Assembly (NCBI GenBank): GCA_964252585.1
Contig: CAXUOD010000003.1
Span: 1-63,721 of the forward strand
From: an uncultured Lichenihabitans sp.
GTDB lineage: Bacteria; Pseudomonadota; Alphaproteobacteria; Rhizobiales; Beijerinckiaceae
Reading direction: 5' to 3'
Length of the DNA stretch: 63,721 nucleotides
Made by a program: the position numbers and the translations under genes. Of this stretch, positions 1 through 10,948 are shown piece by piece. The notes under the pieces were generated by a model. It was given only the letters and a program-made list of their open reading frames with translations. It searched no databases and was not told the origin of the DNA. Position 1 is the first letter of the stretch, and each line of letters starts with the position of its first letter.

Positions 1-1201
1 TCGGGATCTCGACCACGTCGAGCTTGTAGATCTCGGCGAACTCGTCGGCTTCGGTGGCGGCCGTTCCGGTCATGCCGGCGAGCTTCTTGTACAGCCGGAA
101 GTAGTTCTGGAAGGTGATCGAGGCCAGCGTGACGTTCTCGGGCTGGACCTGCACGCCTTCCTTGGCTTCCAGCGCCTGATGCAGGCCTTCCGAATAGCGC
201 CGGCCCGGCATCATGCGGCCCGAGAACTCGTCGATGATCACGACTTCGCCGTTGCGGACGATGTAGTCCTTGTCGCGGGAGAAGAGCTTGTGGGCCTTGA
301 GGCCCTGCTGGACGTGATGCACCAGGGTCGCGTTGGCGGCCTCGTAGAGGGATCCCTCGGTCAGCAACCCGGCTTCGGCGAGCAGCGCCTCGATATGTTC
401 GTTGCCGGCTTCCGTCAGGTTCGCCGTGCGCTGCTTCTCGTCGACATCGAAGTCGCCCTGGATCAGGCGGGGGATCAGCTTGTCGATGCTGTTGTAGAGG
501 TCCGACTTGTCGTCCGACGGACCCGAGATGATGAGCGGCGTCCTGGCTTCGTCCACCAGAATCGAGTCGACCTCGTCGACGATCGCGTAGGGGTGGCCGC
601 GCTGGACCATCTGGTCCAGCTCGTACTTCATGTTGTCGCGAAGGTAGTCGAAGCCGTATTCGTTGTTGGTGCCGTAGGTGATGTCGGCCGCATAGGCCGC
701 CTTACGCTCGCCGTCGTCGAGCCCGTGCACGATGATGCCGACGCTCAGGCCCAGGAACTTGTAGACGCGCCCCATCCATTCGGCGTCGCGGCGGGCCAGG
801 TAGTCGTTCACCGTGACGACATGGACACCGGCGCTCGGCAGCGCGTTAAGGTAGGTCGCCAGCGTCGCGACCAACGTCTTGCCCTCGCCGGTCCGCATCT
901 CGGAGATGCCGCCCTCGTGCAGCACCATGCCGCCGATCAGCTGGACATCGAAATGGCGCTGCCCGAGAACCCGCTTGGCCGCCTCGCGGACCGTCGCGAA
1001 AGCCGGGACAAGAAGGTCGTCGAGCGACTTGCCGGCCGCGAGTTCTTCCCGGAACATCAGGGTTCGGCCGGCGAGATCCGCATCGCTCAGGGCTGCGACA
1101 TCGGGCTCCAGGGCGTTGATGGCGGCGACCTTCGGCGTGTAGGTCTTCAGCCGCCGCGCATTGGCCGTGCCGAAAATCTTCTTAGCGAGCGAGCCGAGCA
1201 T
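1..1201 (-). CDS. secA: Preprotein translocase ATPase SecA (5' part; runs off left edge)
   Basis: Not in the ORF track because it is edge-truncated. Manual minus-strand reading from ATG 1201 gives [19 protein letters not shown]...[33 protein letters not shown]...[11 protein letters not shown]...[19 protein letters not shown], all hallmark SecA motifs. Confidence 0.98.
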   Translation of the reverse strand, partial: MLGSLAKKIFGTANARRLKTYTPKVAAINALEPDVAALSDADLAGRTLMFREELAAGKSLDDLLVPAFATVREAAKRVLGQRHFDVQLIGGMVLHEGGISEMRTGEGKTLVATLATYLNALPSAGVHVVTVNDYLARRDAEWMGRVYKFLGLSVGIIVHGLDDGERKAAYAADITYGTNNEYGFDYLRDNMKYELDQMVQRGHPYAIVDEVDSILVDEARTPLIISGPSDDKSDLYNSIDKLIPRLIQGDFDVDEKQRTANLTEAGNEHIEALLAEAGLLTEGSLYEAANATLVHHVQQGLKAHKLFSRDKDYIVRNGEVVIIDEFSGRMMPGRRYSEGLHQALEAKEGVQVQPENVTLASITFQNYFRLYKKLAGMTGTAATEADEFAEIYKLDVVEIP

Positions 1202-1633
1202 CCGTTGAAACCTTAGTCTTGACCACTCGACGACCCGAGTGGCGCGCGGCACATCCCGCCTTCGTGACCGGTTCCCGGGTTGAGAACGTCGGAACCCCGC
1301 ATGTAGGCCGCGCGAAACGACCATTCAACGGTCGACCGCCTGACCTGCCCGACGGTCACCGCGAACGGACTTGCCGCGAGAAACTGGTGGCAATCGGCGA
1401 CGGCGAGAGATAAGAGCCGCCCCAAACCATGTCAATCGCGGCACGTCGTGGCCAAGGTGGCAATGGGACGAAGCCCAAACGTCTACGACCTCGAGCCGCT
1501 GCCGGATGCGGCGCCTCGCTGGTCCCGATGGCTTGGTCGCGGCGGTACCGCGGCGACCGTCGGCGGATCGATCCGGTCCGGGCGCGGGTGGGCGCGACAA
1601 GCCACCGAGAGAGTTGTTCGAGGACCTAAGCTG

Positions 1634-2509
1634 ATGATGCAGAAAAAAGACGCGACCCTTCGTGCGGTCGCGGTCGCGGCCTTGATGGGCCTCGCAACCC
1701 TGACCCCGGCTTCCGCCAAGGTGCTGGCCACGGTCAATGGCTCCGACATCACCGACGACGACGTGCGAACCGCCACCGAAGACCTCGGCCCGTCGCTGCC
1801 CGCGCAGCTCACGGGTCCGGCCCGCGAAGCCTATGTGGTCGACTACCTGATCGACCTCAAGCTCGCGGCCCAGAAGGCGACAGCCGACAAGCTCGGCGAC
1901 ACGCCGGAGTTCGCGCGCCGCATGGCCTACTACCACGACAAGGTCCTGATGGAGAACCTGCTCGGCACTATCGCCAAGACCGCCACGACGGCCGACGCCG
2001 AGAAGAAGGTCTACGACGACGCCGCGAAGGCGCAGAAGCCCGAGACCGAAATCCATGCCCGCCACATCCTGGTGCCGACCGAGGACGAGGCCAAGGCGGC
2101 TCTCGCCCGGGTCAAGAAAGGCGAGGATTTCGCCAAGGTGGCCGACGAAGTCTCGAAGGACCCCGGCTCCCAGGGCGGCGACCTCGGCTGGTTCACCAAG
2201 GACAAGATGGTGCCGGAGTTCGCGGCGGCTGCGTTCAAGCTCGAGCCCGGCCAGGTGTCGGACCCCGTGAAGAGCGAGTTCGGCTGGCATATCATCAAGC
2301 TCGAGGGCAAGCGCGAGAAGAGCTTTCCGCCTTTCGACCAGGTGAAGGACCAGGTGGCTCGCTATGTCGCCCAGAAGGCGCAGAGCGACGAAGTGATGAA
2401 GCTGCGCGAAGCCGCCAAGATCGATCGCATGACGCCGCCGCCCGCGGCAGCGCCGGCCGCCCCCGATGCCTCACCGGCGCCCGCACCGGCCGACGCTCCG
2501 AAGCCCTGA
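1634..2509 (+). CDS. Parvulin/PrsA-like peptidyl-prolyl cis-trans isomerase, exported
   Basis: Signal peptide; HARHILV...FAKVADEVSKDPGSQGGDLGWF...MVPEF...GWHIIK rotamase motifs; divergent from secA; GAGGA RBS before ATG 1634. Confidence 0.93.
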   Translation: MMQKKDATLRAVAVAALMGLATLTPASAKVLATVNGSDITDDDVRTATEDLGPSLPAQLTGPAREAYVVDYLIDLKLAAQKATADKLGDTPEFARRMAYYHDKVLMENLLGTIAKTATTADAEKKVYDDAAKAQKPETEIHARHILVPTEDEAKAALARVKKGEDFAKVADEVSKDPGSQGGDLGWFTKDKMVPEFAAAAFKLEPGQVSDPVKSEFGWHIIKLEGKREKSFPPFDQVKDQVARYVAQKAQSDEVMKLREAAKIDRMTPPPAAAPAAPDASPAPAPADAPKP

Positions 2510-2560
2510 CCTCGGGTCGGCTGTCCAGTAGCCCTGCGCGTCCGGGAAGACCGTTTAACG

Positions 2561-2706
2561 CGCCTCATCCTGAGCCGACCGCGGAACGCGGTCGTGTCGA
2601 GGGACGGGCCGGTGTACGGCCGGCGCCCGGCGTGCTTCGACACGGGCGCGTCGCGCCCGGCTCAGCATGAGGTTCGGTGGGGAAATGACGCAAGTGAGTC
2701 GATGAG
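2561..2706. repeat. Intergenic palindromic repeat family A, copy 1
   Basis: cctcatcctgagccgaccgcggaacgcggtcgtgtcga...ttcgacacgg...ccggctcagcatgagg; nested inverted repeats; related copies at 35069 and 63243. Confidence 0.8.
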
Positions 2707-2783
2707 GTCGGTGGGCACCGACGCGGTGATCGAGATCAGGATCGGCACGACGTGAGTTTACGACGGCTCGAGCGGAGCCAGCC

Positions 2784-3905
2784 TCACTCGCCCCTGAGCA
2801 CCATGTCGTCGCGGTGGATCATCTCGGCCCGACCGCAGAAGCCGATGAGACCCTCGATCTCGCGGCTGTTGCGCCCGACGATCAGGGTGGCATGCGCACT
2901 GTCATAGGCCGCGAGACCCCGGCCGAGTTCGCGTCCCGTCGCATCTTGGATCCGGATGCAGTCGCCGCGGAGGAAGTTGCCCGCCACGCCGGTGACGCCC
3001 GCCGGCAGGAGGCTCGCGCCCTGCCCCAGGGCGCGGGCCGCACCCGCATCGACCGCCACCGCGCCGCGCGGCTCCAGGGTTCCGCCAATCCACACCTTGC
3101 GGGCCGTCACGGGATTGGAGGCCGTCGTGAACCAGGTGCAGCGTCCGCCCGCACGGATGCGGGCGATCGGCTGGAACACACGCCCGTCGGCGATCACCAT
3201 CTGGGTGCCGCCGGCCGTCGCGATCTTGGCGGCCTCAATCTTGGTCCGCATGCCACCGCGCGAGAAGACCGACGCCGCCCCGCCCGCCATCGCCTCGATC
3301 GCGCCGTCGATGCGCGGCACCAGCGGGATCAGGGTCGCCGAGGGATCCTGGGCGGGCGGCGCCGTGTAGAGGCCGTCGATGTCGGACAGCAGGATCAATA
3401 GATCGGCGCTCGCCATGGTGGCGACCCTGGCCGCGAGCCGATCGTTGTCGCCGTAGCGGATCTCGCTCGTCGCCACCGTGTCGTTCTCGTTGATGACCGG
3501 GATGGCACGGAGCCCCATGAGGCGCTCCAGCGTGGCGCGCGCATTGAGATAACGGCGGCGCTCCTCGGTGTCGCCGGGCGTCACCAGCACCTGGCCGGCC
3601 GTGATGCCCCGCGACGCCAGAACCTCGGCCCAGGTCCTGGCCAAGGCGATCTGGCCCACGGCCGCGGCCGCCTGGCTATCGTCGAGCTTCAGGGTGCCGC
3701 CTGCCAGTTTCAGCACCCGCCGCCCGAGCGCGATGGCCCCCGACGACACCACCATGACGTCGGCGCCGGCGCGGTGCAGCCCCGCGAGATCGTCTCCGAG
3801 CGCTTCGAGCCAGGCTCGCTTCGGCGTGCCCGCGGCGTCGTCGACGACGAGCGACGAACCGACTTTGATGACGATACGCCGGAACCGATCGAGCGAGGGG
3901 ATCAT
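2784..3905 (-). CDS. proB: Glutamate 5-kinase
   Basis: [51 protein letters not shown] and a C-terminal PUA domain; start set at MIPSLDRF. Confidence 0.97.
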   Translation of the reverse strand: MIPSLDRFRRIVIKVGSSLVVDDAAGTPKRAWLEALGDDLAGLHRAGADVMVVSSGAIALGRRVLKLAGGTLKLDDSQAAAAVGQIALARTWAEVLASRGITAGQVLVTPGDTEERRRYLNARATLERLMGLRAIPVINENDTVATSEIRYGDNDRLAARVATMASADLLILLSDIDGLYTAPPAQDPSATLIPLVPRIDGAIEAMAGGAASVFSRGGMRTKIEAAKIATAGGTQMVIADGRVFQPIARIRAGGRCTWFTTASNPVTARKVWIGGTLEPRGAVAVDAGAARALGQGASLLPAGVTGVAGNFLRGDCIRIQDATGRELGRGLAAYDSAHATLIVGRNSREIEGLIGFCGRAEMIHRDDMVLRGE

Positions 3906-4037
3906 GAGAGCCTGGTCGGTGCGAGACGGCAAAACCGCGCCTTCGCGCCCTGCGCCGGCAATGTCAAGCAACACCGCACCGCGACCGCGCGTTTCCGATC
4001 GTCCGGTTCGACGGACCATCGACACGGGGCAGCCACC

Positions 4038-4457
4038 ATGGACGATCCTCACGACCTCCGCCGTTTCGTCGAGGCTCAAAACCCGGTTTTCGAACGGGTG
4101 CTGAGGGAACTCGGTGCGGGCCGGAAGGAGAGCCATTGGATGTGGTTCGTGTTCCCGCAGATCGCCGGACTTGGTCATTCGCCGATGGCGCAGCGCTTCG
4201 CGATCGCCTCGCTTGCCGAAGCCGAAGCCTATGCCGGCCACGACCTCCTCGGAGCCCGGCTGGCACGGTGCACGGATCTGGTGAATGGGATCGTTGGCCG
4301 TCCGATCGTGTCGATCCTGGGGCGTCCGGACGATCTGAAGTTCCGCTCGTCGATGACCCTGTTCGCGCGCGCGGCGGTCGACAAGAGCCGCTACATCGAG
4401 GCGCTCGACAAATATTTCGACGGCAAACCCGATCCCGCGACGATCGACAGGCTGTGA
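4038..4457 (+). CDS. DUF1810 family protein
   Basis: DLRRFVEAQ...[25 protein letters not shown]...[12 protein letters not shown] signature. Confidence 0.9.
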   Translation: MDDPHDLRRFVEAQNPVFERVLRELGAGRKESHWMWFVFPQIAGLGHSPMAQRFAIASLAEAEAYAGHDLLGARLARCTDLVNGIVGRPIVSILGRPDDLKFRSSMTLFARAAVDKSRYIEALDKYFDGKPDPATIDRL

Positions 4458-4688
4458 ATAGGTGCAGCCAGCTAACGCGCCTCGTAACGACGAACGGCAA
4501 AGCTCGGCACTCCGACGACGACCTGACACACTCCGCTTCGAGAGGCTGGAGAGCGACGAGCCGCCGCATCAATCGATCAACCGAGGGTCTTATCTCTTCC
4601 GGGACGCCTGCCGGCCGACGCCGTTCGGATCCACCGAGACTGCTCCGGCGTTCGCTGAGCGTGGCGCCGTCCGGAAAGGTGCGTTATC

Positions 4689-4970
4689 ATGATTGCAAGA
4701 GCATTCATTCTGTCTGTCGGCCTCATCGCTGCGGGATCCCTGTCATCCGCCGCGTTGGCCCAAGTGTTGCCGGCACCGCAGTACAACCAGCTCGGGCGGT
4801 ATCGTGCGGCCGGCGAAGACCCGACATTCCACGTCAATCGCTATGGCTACGGCAATTACGTCCAGGGCCCGAACGGCAGCTACGGTGGCTACCCGGCCGG
4901 CAGCGCCGGTGCGATCGAGTTGCAGAACGAGCACGACATCAAGTGTCGGGACCTGCCCGAAAGCTGCTGA
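4689..4970 (+). CDS. Small secreted hypothetical protein
   Basis: Sec-type signal peptide (ALA|Q), Gly/Tyr-rich mature part, C-terminal C-x6-C; GAAAGG upstream. Confidence 0.6.
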   Translation: MIARAFILSVGLIAAGSLSSAALAQVLPAPQYNQLGRYRAAGEDPTFHVNRYGYGNYVQGPNGSYGGYPAGSAGAIELQNEHDIKCRDLPESC

Positions 4971-5010
4971 TCTGACTACCCCCGGGTGAGGAGGTGGAAG
5001 ATGGGGTGGG

Positions 5011-6000
5011 TCAGAACCACCCCTTGAGCCGCAGCCACACCACCGGGACGACGACGCTCATCAGGACGAGAAAGAGTCCCCACTGGTACCCGTAGGTCCA
5101 GTCGTATTCCGGCATGTTCTTGAAGTTCATACCATACAGCCCGACCACGAAGGTCGGCGGGATGCCGATGACCGACGCGATGGTGAGCAGCTTGAACGTC
5201 TTGTTCTGCTCAACGTTGATGAAGCCCAGGGTCGAGTCGAGCAGAAATTGGACCTTGTCGGTCAGGCGGTTCTCGTAGTCGCCGAGGGCCGCGACATCCT
5301 GGCGAAGAACTTCGAGGCGCTCGCGCTGGTCGGCCGAGACGAACTTCCCGCCCTTGTTGGAGAGAAAGACGAGAAGGCGGTTCAGCCCCAAGAGGCTGTC
5401 TCGAGCGTGAGAGGTGGTGTCTCCGCTCCGACCCACGGTCTGCAGCGTCGCGCTGAGCTTCCGCTCGATCCGGTTCGGCTTTTGGCGCGCGTCGCGACTG
5501 GCGACCCCGAAGATCTCGCGCGACACGGCGTCGAGTTCCGCCCCCACGGCTTCCATCCCGTCGGCCATGCGGGCGATGATGCTGTCGAGGAGGCCGATCA
5601 GCACGTCGACCGGCGCCTCATGGGATCCCGCGGTGTGGGCCTGCCGCGCCAGCACATAATCGGTGAAGCTTTTGAGGTCATGGGCCCGGATGGTCACAAG
5701 GACTTCGCGGCTGAGCACGAAGCCGACCGGTGTCGTATAGACGATGCCGTCCTCGCGAAACAGAACCGGGGTCGACATCAGCAGGACATCGCCCTCGACC
5801 ACGAGCCGGCTCGAGGTCTCGATCTCGGCCAGCTGATGGGCACTCGGCAGGGTCAGCCCCGTTGCCTGCTCGATGCGGGTGTCATCCTCCTCGGAAGGAT
5901 CGACGAGGTCGATCCAAAGCGTGCCCTGCGGCAGCGCGACGGGGCTGGATGCGGCATCGACCCGATGCGATGCGGTCGCTTTGTCGTAGACCGTGATCAT
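5011..6000 (-). CDS. corA: CorA-family Mg2+/Co2+ transporter
   Basis: N-terminal WIDLVDP; C-terminal PPTFVVGLYGMNFKNMPEYDW (GMN motif) and two TM helices. Confidence 0.92.
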   Translation of the reverse strand: MITVYDKATASHRVDAASSPVALPQGTLWIDLVDPSEEDDTRIEQATGLTLPSAHQLAEIETSSRLVVEGDVLLMSTPVLFREDGIVYTTPVGFVLSREVLVTIRAHDLKSFTDYVLARQAHTAGSHEAPVDVLIGLLDSIIARMADGMEAVGAELDAVSREIFGVASRDARQKPNRIERKLSATLQTVGRSGDTTSHARDSLLGLNRLLVFLSNKGGKFVSADQRERLEVLRQDVAALGDYENRLTDKVQFLLDSTLGFINVEQNKTFKLLTIASVIGIPPTFVVGLYGMNFKNMPEYDWTYGYQWGLFLVLMSVVVPVVWLRLKGWF

Positions 6001-6196
6001 AGCACCGCTTCTGCATGAAGACGGATCGGATGGCTATCGCGATCCCACCATGCACGATCCTGCATCTGCGCTCGCACGTTGAAATCCTCCCAGAGACGAC
6101 CGGTCGCATCATCGGAGGTTGACGCAAGAGGCTTTGTTGTCTCCTGATCATCGGCGATCCGCTGGCGAAACAAGTCGTGGACGGGAGGATGGAAGC

Positions 6197-7882
6197 ATGA
6201 GTGCTGTGGGGATCACCGGTGCCGTCTCGCGCGAACACCTGGGTGTTCTCGACCGCACCCGGACCGTCGCAAGGCCAGGTTACAATCGCTGGATGGTGCC
6301 GCCCTGCGCGCTGGCGATCCATCTATGCATCGGCATGGCCTATGGGTTCAGCGTCTTCTGGCTGCCGCTGTCGCATGCGGTGGGGATCGTCCAGGCCAAC
6401 ACCTGCCCCGGCGAAAGCCTGTTCACGACCATGGTCAGCACGACATGCGACTGGACGATCAGCGAACTCGGCTGGATGTACACGCTGTTCTTCGTCGTGC
6501 TCGGCTCCTCGGCTGCGCTCTGGGGCGGCTGGCTCGAACGGGCCGGCCCAAGAAAGGCGGGCGTCGTCGCGGCCTTCTGCTGGAGCGGCGGATTGCTGAT
6601 CGGAGCGCTCGGCATCGCCACGCACCAGCTCTGGATGCTGCTCCTCGGTCCCGGCATCGTCGGGGGCGTGGGGCTCGGCCTCGGCTATATCTCTCCCGTG
6701 TCGACGCTGATCAAGTGGTTTCCGGACCGGCGCGGCATGGCGACCGGCATGGCCATCATGGGGTTCGGGGGCGGCGCCATGATCGGCGCCCCCCTGGCCA
6801 ATGCGCTGATGGACAAGTTGCACACCCCGACATCCGTGGGCGTCGCCGAGACCTTCGTGGCCCTGGCAATCGTCTATTTCGTCTTCATGATCGGGGGAGC
6901 CTTCGGCTACCGGGTCCCGCCGGCCGGCTGGCTTCCGGCCGGGGCAGTGCCGGCCGGAACGGCATCGTCCGGCGTCGAGGCCCCCTCCCCTGCCGCCAGA
7001 GCGGCCAAAACCGCAAGAAGCGTCCACCTTCGCGACGCCCACAAGACACCCCAGTTCTGGCTCGTGTGGGCGGCGCTCTGCCTCAACGTCTCGGCCGGTA
7101 TCGGCGTTCTCGGGATCTCGTCGCCGATGCTGCAGGAGATCTTCGGCGGCAAGCTGGTCGGCCACCCCGAACTGAGCTTCCTCCAGCTCGACGCCGGCCA
7201 GAAGACCGCCATCGCGGCGATCGCGGCGGGCTTCACGGGCCTGCTGTCGCTCGCCAATATCGCGGGACGCTTCGCATGGGCGTCGCTCTCCGACGGGATC
7301 GGACGCAAGACCACCTTCACGGTGTTCTTCGCGCTCGGCATCCTGCTCTACGCCGTTTCGCCTTCGGCAGCCCATCTCGGGTCCGAGGCGCTCTTCGCGG
7401 GCCTCCTCTGCGTGATCGTGTCGATGTACGGCGGAGGATTTGCGACCGTTCCAGCCTACTTGGCGGATCTCTTCGGCACCCAGTTCGTCGGCGCCATCCA
7501 TGGCAGGCTGCTGACCGCGTGGTCGACGGCCGGCATCATCGGTCCGGTGCTGGTCAATACCATTCGCGAAGCGCAGATTGCGGCCGGCGTGCCGCGCGCG
7601 GAGGTCTACGATCGCACGATGTACACCCTCTCCGGTCTCCTGGTCCTGGGCTTGATCGCGAATGGCTTGGTCAAGCCGGTCGCGGAGCGATGGTTGATGA
7701 GCGACGCGGAACTCGCTTCCGTTCAGGTGCGGACCGCGACGGACGGCTTGTCGCGGGGAGCGTTCGGGATCGGATCCGGGCGTTTCGACCTCAAGACGGC
7801 ACTGGCCTGGAGCTTCGTGGCGCTGCCGCTGCTCTGGGGCGTCTGGGTCACCTTGTCGAAGGCCGTCGTCCTGTTCTCCTGA
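6197..7882 (+). CDS. OFA (oxalate/formate antiporter)-family MFS transporter
   Basis: ALAIHLCIGMAYGFSVFW, GLGLGYISPVSTLIKWFPDRRGMATG, YGGGFATVPAYLADLFG; about 12 TM segments; adjacent to formate dehydrogenase genes. Confidence 0.9.
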   Translation: MSAVGITGAVSREHLGVLDRTRTVARPGYNRWMVPPCALAIHLCIGMAYGFSVFWLPLSHAVGIVQANTCPGESLFTTMVSTTCDWTISELGWMYTLFFVVLGSSAALWGGWLERAGPRKAGVVAAFCWSGGLLIGALGIATHQLWMLLLGPGIVGGVGLGLGYISPVSTLIKWFPDRRGMATGMAIMGFGGGAMIGAPLANALMDKLHTPTSVGVAETFVALAIVYFVFMIGGAFGYRVPPAGWLPAGAVPAGTASSGVEAPSPAARAAKTARSVHLRDAHKTPQFWLVWAALCLNVSAGIGVLGISSPMLQEIFGGKLVGHPELSFLQLDAGQKTAIAAIAAGFTGLLSLANIAGRFAWASLSDGIGRKTTFTVFFALGILLYAVSPSAAHLGSEALFAGLLCVIVSMYGGGFATVPAYLADLFGTQFVGAIHGRLLTAWSTAGIIGPVLVNTIREAQIAAGVPRAEVYDRTMYTLSGLLVLGLIANGLVKPVAERWLMSDAELASVQVRTATDGLSRGAFGIGSGRFDLKTALAWSFVALPLLWGVWVTLSKAVVLFS

Positions 7883-7904
7883 TGGAACGTCCGCGGCACC
7901 CGTC

Positions 7905-8819
7905 ATGATCGATAAGTTCGAATTCCTGCTGGCACTGGCGCGGGAACGGCATTTCGGGCGGGCCGCGGAGGCTTGCGGGGTCACGCAGCCGACCCTTTCG
8001 GCAGGGCTGAAATCCTTGGAGGATATTCTCGGGGTCCTCCTGGTCCACCGGTCGTCGCGCTTCCAGGGCTTCACACCGGAGGGCGAACGGGTGCTCGAAT
8101 GGGCGCGCCGCATCGTCGCGGACGCGCAGGCCATGCGGCAAGACCTTGCGACGGCGAAACACGGCATCGTCGGTCACCTGCGGATCGCCGTCATCCCGAC
8201 GGCGTTGCCCATCGTGGCGCGCCTGACGGCCCCCCTTCAGGCCAAGCATCCGGGCCTAGCGTTCACGATCCTGTCCCGGACTTCGGCCGAGATCCTGCAG
8301 CTTCTGCACAACCTCGAGGTCGAGGTCGGCATCAGTTACCTCGACAACGAGCCGCTCGGCCATGTCAGGACGGTGCCGCTCTACGGCGAGCGCTATAGGT
8401 TGCTCACGGCGAAGGACGGGCCTTTCCGGGGTCGATCGTCGGTAGCCTGGGCGGAGATCGGGCAGGTGCCGCTCTGCCTTTTGACGGCCGACATGCAGAA
8501 CCGGCGGATCATCGACGAAATGCTCCTCTCGTCCGGTGCCGGCTCGGAGCCGACGCTGGTCTCGAATTCGACGATCGTCCTCGTGTCGCATGTCCGAACC
8601 GGCCGATGGTCCACCATTCTGCCACCCCTGCTGGCGGAATGTATCGGAGTGCCCGACACGGTGGCGTCGATCCCGATCGTCGCTCCGGAGATCGGTCATG
8701 AGGTAGGGCTCGTGGTGCCGCATCGCGAGCCGAACACCCACAGCGTGGCCGCGCTGGTCGCCGAAGCGCGTAGCCTCGCCCGGGTTCTCGCGGCGCCGAC
8801 CGTCCTCGACGCATGGTGA
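7905..8819 (+). CDS. LysR-family transcriptional regulator (probable fds regulator)
   Basis: HFGRAAEACGVTQPTLSAGLKSLE HTH plus substrate-binding domain; directly upstream of fdsG. Confidence 0.93.
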   Translation: MIDKFEFLLALARERHFGRAAEACGVTQPTLSAGLKSLEDILGVLLVHRSSRFQGFTPEGERVLEWARRIVADAQAMRQDLATAKHGIVGHLRIAVIPTALPIVARLTAPLQAKHPGLAFTILSRTSAEILQLLHNLEVEVGISYLDNEPLGHVRTVPLYGERYRLLTAKDGPFRGRSSVAWAEIGQVPLCLLTADMQNRRIIDEMLLSSGAGSEPTLVSNSTIVLVSHVRTGRWSTILPPLLAECIGVPDTVASIPIVAPEIGHEVGLVVPHREPNTHSVAALVAEARSLARVLAAPTVLDAW

Positions 8820-8838
8820 CGATAGGATTGTTCTATCG
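8820..8838. promoter_or_regulatory. Candidate LysR recognition site (CGATAG-N7-CTATCG; T-N11-A)
   Basis: Perfect interrupted palindrome cgataggattgttctatcg about 80 bp upstream of the fdsG start. Confidence 0.65.
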
Positions 8839-8918
8839 CAGCACGGGAAAAGCCGCTTGATGCTACACTGCGATTAGTGCCCTCAATTGTAGTTTGGAAC
8901 TGCTCTGACCTGGACACG

Positions 8919-9389
8919 ATGCCTCACGAAGCCTGGAGCCCGCAGCGAGCCGCTGCCGTCATCGGCGATCATGCCGGCCTCGCGGGTGCGACGTTGCCCA
9001 TCCTCCATGCGCTGCAGGCCACGTTCGGCTACGTGCCCGAGGATGCGCTCCCGATGGTCGCCGAAGCCATGAACCTGTCGCGGGCCGAGATCCATGGCGT
9101 GGTGACGTTCTACCACGACTTCCGCCGCGCGCCGGGCGGCCTGCATGTGGTCAAGCTCTGCCGGGCCGAAGCCTGCCAGGCGGTCGGCGCGGTCGCCCTC
9201 GCGGATCACGTCAAGCGGCGGCTCGGCATCGATTGGCACGAAACGACGCCGGACGGGCGCGTCACGCTGGAGCCGGTGTTCTGTCTCGGGCTCTGCGCCT
9301 GCGGCCCCGCGGCCCTCGTCGACGATGCACCCGTCTCCGGGCTCGATCCGGCGACGTTCGATGCCGTTCTGGCGGAGGCTTGCGCGTGA
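8919..9389 (+). CDS. fdsG: NAD-dependent formate dehydrogenase gamma subunit
   Basis: NuoE-like LSRAEIHGVVTFYHDF with 2Fe-2S ligands CRAEAC...CLGLC. Confidence 0.95.
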   Translation: MPHEAWSPQRAAAVIGDHAGLAGATLPILHALQATFGYVPEDALPMVAEAMNLSRAEIHGVVTFYHDFRRAPGGLHVVKLCRAEACQAVGAVALADHVKRRLGIDWHETTPDGRVTLEPVFCLGLCACGPAALVDDAPVSGLDPATFDAVLAEACA

Positions 9390-10939
9390 CCCGGATCTTC
9401 ATCCCGGCCGACGCGCAGGCGGTGGCGCTGGGGGCCGACCGCGTCGCCGCCGCGGTCGCACGCTCGGCGGAGGACAGAAATCTCGCCCTCAGCATCGTGC
9501 GGACCGGCTCGCGCGGCCTGTTCTGGCTGGAGCCCATGGTCGAAATCGAAACCCCGGCCGGGCGCGTCGCCTACGGCCCGGTCAAGCCGAGCGACGTCGA
9601 CGGCCTGCTCGGCGCCGGCCTCCTCGACGGCAAGCACCATCCGCTTTGCCTCGGCAACCCCGAGGCCCTGCCCTATCTGGCGCGCCAGACGCGCCTCACC
9701 TTCGCGCGTTGCGGCATCGTCGACCCGGTATCGGCCGAGGATTACGTCGCGCATGGTGGCTACGCAGGGCTCGCCCGCGCGCTCGGGCTCGATGGCACCG
9801 GCGTCGTCGACGAGATCAAGCTCGCCGGCCTGCGGGGCCGCGGCGGGGCCGGGTTCCCGACCGGCATCAAGTGGTCGACCGTGCTCCTGGCCGAGGCGGA
9901 CCAGAAATACGTCGTCTGCAACGCCGACGAGGGCGACAGCGGCACCTTCGCGGACCGCATGCTGATGGAGGGCGATCCCTTCTCGCTCATCGAAGGCATG
10001 ACGATCGCCGGCCTCGCGGTCGGCGCCACGCGGGGCTTCGTGTATATCCGGTCCGAATATCCGCACGCCGTCCGGACCATGGACCGGGCTATCGCGGCGG
10101 CGAGCGCGGCCGGGTTCCTCGGATCGTCGATCCAAGGCTCGGGCCGCGCCTTCACGATCGAGACCCGCGTCGGTGCCGGGGCTTATATCTGCGGCGAAGA
10201 GACGTCGCTGCTCGACAGCCTCGAAGGCAAGCGCGGCATGGTGCGGGCCAAGCCTCCCCTGCCTGCCATCAAGGGCCTGTTCGGCAAGCCTACGGTGGTC
10301 AACAACGTGCTGTCGCTCGCCACCGTCCCCTGGATCATGGCCAACGGCGCCAAGGCCTATGCGGAACTGGGCATGGGCCGCTCGCGCGGAACCCTGCCGT
10401 TCCAGCTCGCCGGAAACGTGAAGCGGGGCGGATTGATCGAGACCGCGTTCGGCCTCACGCTGCGGGACGTCGTCGAGGATTTCGGCGGTGGCACCCGGTC
10501 GGGCCGTCCGCTGCGCGCCGTGCAGGTGGGTGGTCCGCTCGGAGCCTATTTCCCCGAACGCCTGCTCGACACGCCGCTCGACTACGAGGCCTTCGCGGCC
10601 CTGAACGGCCTGCTCGGCCACGGTGGGATCGTCGTCTTCGACGACACGGTGGACCTCGCCAGCCAGGCGCGTTTCGCCTTCGAGTTCTGCGCCAAGGAGA
10701 GCTGCGGCAAGTGCACGCCCTGCCGCATCGGCTCGACGCGCGGTGTCGAAGTCATGGACCGGATCACGGCCGGCATCGAGCGCGACAAGAACCTTGCCGT
10801 GCTGACCGACCTCTGCGAGGTCATGACGGACGGGTCGCTCTGCGCCATGGGGGGCCTCACGCCCGTGCCGGTGCTGAGCGCCCTGACCCACTTCCCCGAG
10901 GATTTCCGGCCGGCGCCCGCGCTGGCGGCGGCCGAGTAG
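9386..10939 (+). CDS. fdsB: NAD-dependent formate dehydrogenase beta subunit
   Basis: GTG overlaps the fdsG stop (GTGA); NuoF-like GLRGRGGAGFPTG, CNADEGD, GAGAYICGEET, ESCGKCTPCR. Confidence 0.95.
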   Translation: MTRIFIPADAQAVALGADRVAAAVARSAEDRNLALSIVRTGSRGLFWLEPMVEIETPAGRVAYGPVKPSDVDGLLGAGLLDGKHHPLCLGNPEALPYLARQTRLTFARCGIVDPVSAEDYVAHGGYAGLARALGLDGTGVVDEIKLAGLRGRGGAGFPTGIKWSTVLLAEADQKYVVCNADEGDSGTFADRMLMEGDPFSLIEGMTIAGLAVGATRGFVYIRSEYPHAVRTMDRAIAAASAAGFLGSSIQGSGRAFTIETRVGAGAYICGEETSLLDSLEGKRGMVRAKPPLPAIKGLFGKPTVVNNVLSLATVPWIMANGAKAYAELGMGRSRGTLPFQLAGNVKRGGLIETAFGLTLRDVVEDFGGGTRSGRPLRAVQVGGPLGAYFPERLLDTPLDYEAFAALNGLLGHGGIVVFDDTVDLASQARFAFEFCAKESCGKCTPCRIGSTRGVEVMDRITAGIERDKNLAVLTDLCEVMTDGSLCAMGGLTPVPVLSALTHFPEDFRPAPALAAAE

Positions 10940-10948
10940 AGGCGCACC

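Noticed and set aside
179-1216. 345-aa plus-strand ORF
   Set aside because: Antisense shadow of secA; the minus strand carries the SecA motifs.
2432-2506. Pro/Ala-rich tail of the PPIase as a repeat element
   Set aside because: Ordinary low-complexity protein tail with no nucleotide periodicity.
2561-2706. CRISPR array, tRNA or IS element
   Set aside because: The repeats are dispersed single copies without spacers; no cas, transposase or cloverleaf was recognised anywhere in the window.
6021-6039. Second LysR site upstream of the OFA transporter
   Set aside because: Only one half-site (CTATCG) matches; insufficient evidence.
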